Below are positions 9,223 to 14,979 of a stretch of 64,000 nucleotides of DNA, piece after piece; positions within the stretch are counted from its first letter, which is position 1; every line of letters starts with the position of its first letter. The translations under genes and the position numbers were made by a program. Source of the stretch: an uncultured Alphaproteobacteria bacterium. GTDB lineage: Bacteria; Pseudomonadota; Alphaproteobacteria; Rhizobiales; Rhodomicrobiaceae. Below the pieces are notes generated by a model, which made no database searches, was not told where the DNA came from, and was given only the letters and a program-made list of their open reading frames with translations. The DNA is taken from NCBI GenBank assembly GCA_963748525.1, contig CAVVJJ010000005.1, positions 8,026-72,025 on the forward strand, written 5' to 3'.

Positions 9223-9257
9223 GACTTCTCACACGACCTCGGGTTCCAAAGCGGAAA
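9223..9257. repeat. Right terminal inverted repeat of the IS
   Basis: See the left IR. Confidence 0.75.
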
Positions 9258-9525
9258 TCTCGATCGTCTAAAACAGCCTCAAGCCACAGGTTCGCTTTCG
9301 CGCTTTATGACCAAGGCGTAGGACAGCACGCGAAAGGGGACGACGCCATGTCACTGGTGACCCGCCGGCCGCGGCGACAAGGCGAAGGCAAAGCTCGGCA
9401 CGCCCGTGGCTTAAGACGCTATTGACCTGATTGGAGCTATTTTCAATAAAAACGCGGCCGGTCTGGCCCTTGTTTGCCCCGCTGTCCCTTACCCTTATCG
9501 TCGGAAAGCGCCTCAGGATAGCGCC

Positions 9526-10207
9526 ATGCCAAAGCTGCCTTCTGCTTCAGCCAAGCCTGCTTTGTACCGTCTGGTCGAGCTGTTTCACGAAGCCTTTCCC
9601 AGCCGCCGCTGGTGTCCGTTTTTTCAAGATCTGGCGAAATTTGCGAAACGCAAACTGTCTGTTGCTGATCGGGACATTATTATCAAGGCGTCCCTAAGAC
9701 TTCTTGCAAGAAAGCCCTATGTGGAAACGAAGGAAGAATACCGCGAGCGCCTAAAATTGGATGGTAAAGACAGAACAGAACTGGTCAAACGCCTCAAGAG
9801 TATCCGCTCATCCTCCAAAACCATTGCTAGAGATATAGAGTTTATCGTAAGCTGTGACGCTTGGATCATCGAAAAAATATTCATTTCTTCTTGATTTTTA
9901 CAAGCCGTTTGATGCTTCTGCTTCTATCGCGCCGGTAGATCAAGTGATAGCGCGTATTCAAAGTGCATCGAAAAGCGCCGTCGCTCAGTGCCCGAAGAAG
10001 GGGAATCAGGGCCCGAAGCCTGATACGGCAATCAGATTTTTTATCGCAGAACTCTCGCAAATTTTCGAGAATAAGATAACCTCTGGTTACAATGAAAAAG
10101 AGGTGCGGCGCGTTTCTTCCTTTATTGATTTCGTGAAAGCCATTCTCCTTGCGCTTCCCGAGAATGCGATAATGGGGTGGCAGGGCATTTTCTCGACGGA
10201 GGTATAG
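9526..10207 (+). pseudogene. Hypothetical gene in an AT-rich block, split into two ORFs (9526..9894 and 9854..10207) at an A6 tract
   Basis: Removing one A from the A6 run at 9872..9877 joins ...CDAWIIEK to YSFLLDFYKPFDASAS... in one frame of about 227 codons. Confidence 0.5.
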
Positions 10208-10351
10208 AAGCGCATGTGGAGGCTGTGCGCGCGGACCTCGAGAACTATGTGAGACTTATCAAAAAAACAAAGTGGCCTCTGGCAGACTGAGTTTTTCGAG
10301 ATTCCAGCCCAAAACTCACGCCGATGACCCTAGGTACACAATCGTGCATCG

Positions 10352-10588
10352 TTATTCCGTACCTGGCCTGCACATGGCCGAAAATTCTGTACGGAGTAAC
10401 CCATGAAAGCTGCTGGCCTCCGCATTCCGGAAAAGGCGCGTCGTGGCGACAATGGCAAAGCCTGCCTCGATCAGCACCTCAAACCGGGTGGAGGCGAGCG
10501 GCAGCGGCTGCCGGCCGCCGCGGACAAACGCGCCGGCGACGAAGGCGTGTAACGGATCAATCATGCTCTGCGGCGTCATCCGGGGCAC
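10352..10588 (-). pseudogene. 5' remnant of a VIT-domain (vault inter-alpha-trypsin / vWA-type) gene
   Basis: MTPQSMIDPLHAFVAGAFVRGGRQPLPLASTRFEVLIEAGFAIVATTRLFRNAE resembles a VIT-domain N-terminus. The similarity is lost after about residue 56, where base composition changes. Confidence 0.4.
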
Positions 10589-10931
10589 GGCTCCCCTCCC
10601 TCAGCAAATCGTTCAACAGTTCGGCGACGCGTGTGGCGAGCGGTTCGACGCGAACGCCGCTGCCAATCAGCGCCGGATCGACGACAAGCGTGACGCCCGG
10701 CGCGACGGGAAAGGGCGCGCCTTCCCCGGTTTCCAGGAGCAACTTGATCGCCGCCGGCGGAAACCCAAGCTCCCGCAAAGCGTTGTACCGGCGGATGGCC
10801 GCGACATGATCGTCGCCGTAGGTCGCGCGAGCGCGGCCCCCACGTGGCGAGGGAATGAACCCTTCGGCGATCAAATAGCGGATTTGACGCTCCGGTACGC
10901 CAGTGACAGCGGTAAGCTCGTGAATGTTCAC
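10557..10931 (-). CDS. MerR-family HTH transcriptional regulator
   Basis: VNIHELTAVTGVPERQIRYLIAEGFIP...AAIRRYNALRELGFPPAAIKLLL. The GTG start at 10931 is preceded by GAAAGGAGG. Confidence 0.7.
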   Translation of the reverse strand: MNIHELTAVTGVPERQIRYLIAEGFIPSPRGGRARATYGDDHVAAIRRYNALRELGFPPAAIKLLLETGEGAPFPVAPGVTLVVDPALIGSGVRVEPLATRVAELLNDLLREGSRAPDDAAEHD

Positions 10932-10940
10932 GCCGCCTCC

Positions 10941-10963
10941 TTTCGACAATATTCTTGTCGAAA
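10941..10963. promoter_or_regulatory. Palindromic candidate operator TTTCGACAA-N5-TTGTCGAAA upstream of the MerR gene
   Basis: Read directly. A further half-site, tttgtcgaagg, lies at about 10994..11004. Confidence 0.45.
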
Positions 10964-11293
10964 CGGATGGGGCGGTCAAGTCTTTTACAAATCATTTGTC
11001 GAAGGGAGTGAAGCGCGGGAGCTTGACGGCTTCTTGGCGGAAAAGAAAGGCTGCTGAAAACACAACGGCGTGCCGGGATCGACATTTCGCGTTCCCCCCG
11101 CCCCCGATGCCGCCTAAGCCGAAATGGAGCGTTGGCACACATTTCTCGCCTTACGTCGCAATTTGAGGGAAGCAGAACGCGAGTTCGCCACAGCATGAAC
11201 CGGGTTTCGGCACGGCTCAATACGCCGTCAGCGAAGGGGAAGCCGGGGGCGCACAGCTTATGGCAGGCTTAACTGAAGAAAGGAATGCCGCAA

Positions 11294-11390
11294 ATCACGC
11301 TAGATGTCGGCTGGAAGCCGGTCAAGACTTTCGAGGAAGGCCTCGCGGAGACTGTGACCGGGTGTATTCACAACCGCGCTTGGGCATTCT
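11294..11390 (+). pseudogene. rfbB: 3'-terminal remnant of dTDP-glucose 4,6-dehydratase
   Basis: ITLDVGWKPVKTFEEGLAETVTGCIHNRAW matches the conserved RfbB C-terminus (LGWKP..TFE.G..KTV.WY..N..W). There is no upstream continuation in any frame. Confidence 0.5.
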
Positions 11391-11589
11391 CGAACGCGGT
11401 TACCAAGGCCGAACGGCTAGGCCATGCGGGTGCGGACCTTGAAAACGCGACAGTTTATGACCCGGATCAAAGCGGCCGATGACGGAATGTGGGAACAGGC
11501 TATGAAAGCGAGGCAACAGCCACGAATGCAGATTTGACGAATGCAACTGGTTTGTCACCGTCACGCTTTCGGGTTGTGGGAGCAGGGCT

Positions 11590-11931
11590 ATGAGGTTTCT
11601 TTCTAGCCTGTTGGCGTTTGTATTAACGATTTTTCTTTCGAATGCTTTATATACGTACTTCGCAATGAACTTCACAATAACGATGCGAGACTTACTGCTG
11701 GGTGTTCAGAGCATTCGCGATCAGTTGGGCCACCTCGTTTCATCTGAAAAGTTCACCGTTTGGGTAGATATTTTTTTGGAGCCGAACCTAATTGTTTTCG
11801 TGGGCGTCAATATTTTGACCTGGTTTTTTCTCGCCATCGTTTTCTCAGCCTTTTGGAGAGGACCGCAACGTCCATCCGCTGCCGTGGCATCCGCAGCCGC
11901 AATGAGGCTGCCATTCGGGCGTTGGGGCTGA
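11590..11931 (+). CDS. Small membrane protein with two hydrophobic segments
   Basis: 113 aa. Reads FLSSLLAFVLTIFLSNALYTYF and NLIVFVGVNILTWFFLAIVFSAFW. AT-rich; 48 bp upstream of the next gene. Confidence 0.5.
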   Translation: MRFLSSLLAFVLTIFLSNALYTYFAMNFTITMRDLLLGVQSIRDQLGHLVSSEKFTVWVDIFLEPNLIVFVGVNILTWFFLAIVFSAFWRGPQRPSAAVASAAAMRLPFGRWG

Positions 11932-11979
11932 AGGGATGAAGCTTCCCAAAGAGTTTCCGCTCACGTCCCGAGCAACAAA

Positions 11980-12525
11980 GTGAATGGCGGTGACAAGGGG
12001 CATACTGTACAGCAACTCGATGTACGCGCACTTCTGGATGTATGGTATCGTAGGGCGCGCGAGGCGCAATTCGCCCACTATCGAGCCGCTAAGCGTTTCT
12101 CACAGCTCAACGATGGTCTTGGCATTCTGGCTGCCCTTATGACGGCCGGGCTCGGCCTTCAGCTTGTGCAGGTTCTTAATGTCGGGTCGTGGCTGAATTT
12201 GCGCGGCGACACTTTGGATTTAGCATTGGGCGTTTCGGGGCTCATAGCCGCCGCTTTAACAACGATTCAGACTATCATGCGCTATTCGGAAGCTGCTGAA
12301 AGACATATCAGAGCCGCTGCGCTTTACAGCTCGATTCGAAGGGAAATCGAAGTGGCGAAGACTCTTGCCCCGGACACTATAGAAAGCGATCGCAACGTCA
12401 TAGAATCGATCCGGAGCCGTCTCGATGAAGCCGCCGCCGAGACGCCGGATGTTCCGGCCGCGGTTTTTCGCCGGACCGTCGAGGAACTCGAACGCAAGAG
12501 CGGGCCAGGACCGCATCTTATATGA
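11980..12525 (+). CDS. SLATT-like two-transmembrane protein (predicted membrane effector)
   Basis: Layout: N-terminal helix WYRRAREAQFAHYRAAKRF, TM1 GLGILAALMTAGLGLQLVQVL, TM2 LALGVSGLIAAALTTIQTIM, then RYSEAAERHIRAAALYSSIRREIE. GTG start. Confidence 0.5.
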   Translation: MNGGDKGHTVQQLDVRALLDVWYRRAREAQFAHYRAAKRFSQLNDGLGILAALMTAGLGLQLVQVLNVGSWLNLRGDTLDLALGVSGLIAAALTTIQTIMRYSEAAERHIRAAALYSSIRREIEVAKTLAPDTIESDRNVIESIRSRLDEAAAETPDVPAAVFRRTVEELERKSGPGPHLI

Positions 12526-12832
12526 GAACCGTTCGCGCGAGGAGGTGGTCTGCTACCTCCCGGTTAAGGCATTGCTAGTATTAGGTGAAATGAGGCCTTG
12601 CGTTTTGCCGATTCCGGGGCTATGTAACTGGCTTCCAATTTGTCGGTCTGGTGTGGTTTGGCCACATACCGGGACAGCGATCCCAAGAAAAAAACAGTTC
12701 ATCTTGAGTAGCGCCCCTTGACGGATAAGCACAAATCGGAACCTAGTTCGGCGGAGGTGCTGCGTCGAACGTTTAGCTTCAGACAACGGGAAAAAAGATG
12801 CGCGGACCGATCATACTTCCAACTTCCCTTTT

Positions 12833-14275
12833 TTAAAGTAGGGCGCTGCCGAACTCGCTTTTCAAAAGCTTGGAATAGCCCATTCGCTCGTGGAGCTTTT
12901 GAAAAGCGACGCCAGCTTTGTCTTCGGCAGAACTATCGTAAGCGTTTCTGCACTTCATAATACCAGCCTCTATCTCCTCTTCCGATTGCGCAAAAGCGAT
13001 AAGGAATGCGCCGAGCGTGTCTTGAACCGCGCGGAAGTTTTCGTGTGCGCTGTCAAGAAAATCGAGGTTGAGTTCGCACCGCAATCTTTCGCACTCCGCC
13101 AGAAACTGCGACGTTTCGGTTTGCATCGCGCCGTCGATCAGGTAATTGAGCAGATTGAACTTCAAGTACCAGACCGTGGTATCGTCACCGTCGGGACTCC
13201 CTTGAGACATTCTCAGATAAGTGCGAATAACGGAGATGGCGTTGTCTCTTTCGCCGATCATGTACAGGATGCTCGATTTCCAGAATGCCGCCTCGCTGCC
13301 TGTCTTGCCCTTATCTGCTATCCAATCTTCCATGTACTGAAGAGCGATACGATTGAGATCGTTTGCCTCTCGAATCGACGCAAGAAGCAGCATAAGCTGG
13401 AACGCAGGCTCAATGCCGTTCTGCTGCCGCATGCATTCAATATCGTTTACAATCGTCTTCAGACTGATATCTCTTATCGAACAAATCGAAAATATATTAG
13501 CCAACTCAGTGATCCGTCCATGAAATTCTCTACAGTGTCGAGTGAGATCGGGGTCCGTAAATTCCCTATCGGCAAGCTTATCGAGCGCAGCGGTCCGCGC
13601 CGCGCGACGAAGTTTCTTTTCAAACATCCACTCTTTATTGACCATAAGCCTCAGATTTTCGCTTTGCACCTCCAGCGCTTCTATACTGTCGCCCATGCTT
13701 TGCATCAGCTCCCTAGCGTGGCGGCTCAGAGTGTTGGACGGTCTGTAGATGAAGTCATGCGTTTTGCAACTCCACGCATCGTGCAGGATCGTTTTAACCT
13801 GGACTTCGCATAAAAAGTTTCTTAGATCTAAGCGATTGCATCTTAAAATAAGATGATGAGCATGGTATCCTAATTTATCACGATAAACTTCATCGACAAC
13901 TGAGAAATCGTAGGCTTCGACAGATCGCTTTATCTCGTCGACAACTCTACTAATTTGAGATCTATAATAAACAAGCACACGACACGCAACAATATCGTGA
14001 ACATGGGCTGCTCCCTTATCTTTCCACGCAGCCGGATCTCTTTCTTTAAATTTTACAATTTTAGCTGTTAAGCGGTTTATATCCTTTATTTCTCCGGACT
14101 GACCCGGATAGTCCCTGCGGGAGTAAGCAAAAAAAACTGCTTCTGTACTCCATCGAAGCGGAACAATACGTTCTTGAAGATAGGCTTTTACCAGTTTCAC
14201 GAGGCGTAAATAATGCGCTTGATTGTCAAATAGAAATTTCTGCGTTTCCGCAAGCACTCTATCAAATTGAGTCAT
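12833..14275 (-). CDS. RelA/SpoT-fold (RSH synthetase-like) nucleotidyltransferase fused to a helical C-terminal domain of about 270 aa
   Basis: Motifs HDIVACRVLVYY (DxxGxR-like), GYHAHHLIL (GYxSxH-like) and CEVQVKTILHDAWSCKTHDFIYRP (EIQIRT..WA..H..YK-like). There is no HD hydrolase domain. The C-terminal sequence is TPR-like and helical. AT-rich. Confidence 0.7.
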   Translation of the reverse strand: MTQFDRVLAETQKFLFDNQAHYLRLVKLVKAYLQERIVPLRWSTEAVFFAYSRRDYPGQSGEIKDINRLTAKIVKFKERDPAAWKDKGAAHVHDIVACRVLVYYRSQISRVVDEIKRSVEAYDFSVVDEVYRDKLGYHAHHLILRCNRLDLRNFLCEVQVKTILHDAWSCKTHDFIYRPSNTLSRHARELMQSMGDSIEALEVQSENLRLMVNKEWMFEKKLRRAARTAALDKLADREFTDPDLTRHCREFHGRITELANIFSICSIRDISLKTIVNDIECMRQQNGIEPAFQLMLLLASIREANDLNRIALQYMEDWIADKGKTGSEAAFWKSSILYMIGERDNAISVIRTYLRMSQGSPDGDDTTVWYLKFNLLNYLIDGAMQTETSQFLAECERLRCELNLDFLDSAHENFRAVQDTLGAFLIAFAQSEEEIEAGIMKCRNAYDSSAEDKAGVAFQKLHERMGYSKLLKSEFGSALL

Positions 14276-14421
14276 ATATCTTTTTTACATCGTTCGGCGA
14301 TGCAATCCCCCAGTCGAAATTAGTACACAAAGCCAGAAGCGAGCCTTCGGATCAGAGTTGCCGAGGGTGGCTTTTTAAGCATCTTGATATGCCATGGGAT
14401 GCAACCCAATAGCAATCAAAC

Positions 14422-14979
14422 TTGAGATTGCGTGAGCGCGACATTTTTTTGTTACGTCCGAGCGCACCCTTTCCCACTCCCGCCGCCCTTGCAGAGAGAG
14501 GCTATAGAATGTATGCCGCAAATCCAGCCTTCCAGCACACCCAGGTCTATGGAAGGCGTTATCGGTTTGAAGACATCCTGGCCGCGTTCTTCGAGCAGGT
14601 GATTTCGCGCGCCCGGAGGTCTGCGTCTTTACCACGCCGGCTTGATTGGAAGGCCGGTAAAATTTGCTGGCCTTAGTCCGGACGCGGCGCTCGCGCAACG
14701 GCGCTACGAGGCGGCGTTCAAGCGCTTCGGCTTTGATGAAATCCATCATGTTATGGAGCCCATAGCCGCCGCCTATTTTTACGCACATAAACAGACGCAG
14801 GCCTCCACCGTTTTGGTTGGCGATTTCGGCGAAGGCCGGGATTCCGGCGGACGCCATCGACCGGGTTTTCCTCACCGGGCGGCACATCCTTCGTACCGGC
14901 CATCAGAAGAATTTTCGCACAGCGTTTCGGCGCGGAGAAAGTAAACTCGGGCGATAAGTCCGAGCCGCTTTATAAGCGC
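14422..14979 (+). pseudogene. Hsp70-like (YegD-type actin-fold ATPase) gene remnant with frameshifts and a large internal deletion
   Basis: The pieces RYRFEDILAAFFEQV, LIGRPVKFAGLSPDAALAQRRYEAAFKRFGFDEIHHVMEPIAAAYFY, VLVGDFG, ADAIDRVFLTG and GTSFVPAIRRIFAQRFGAEKV lie in different frames. Confidence 0.6.

Larger units (their letters stand above)
7549..9257 (-). mobile_element. IS1182-family insertion sequence
   Basis: A single transposase ORF flanked by 35-bp imperfect terminal inverted repeats (core cgaggtcgtgtgagaagtc / gacttctcacacgacctcg; outer tttccgcttt / aaagcggaaa). Confidence 0.8.

Noticed and set aside
12553-12786. A 77-codon ORF co-oriented with and just downstream of the RSH gene, considered as a candidate antitoxin.
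   Set aside because: It starts at TTG with no Shine-Dalgarno, its composition is basic and low-complexity, and it overlaps other equally long ORFs on the opposite strand. There is no evidence that it is coding. It would be worth retesting only if homologous islets conserve it.
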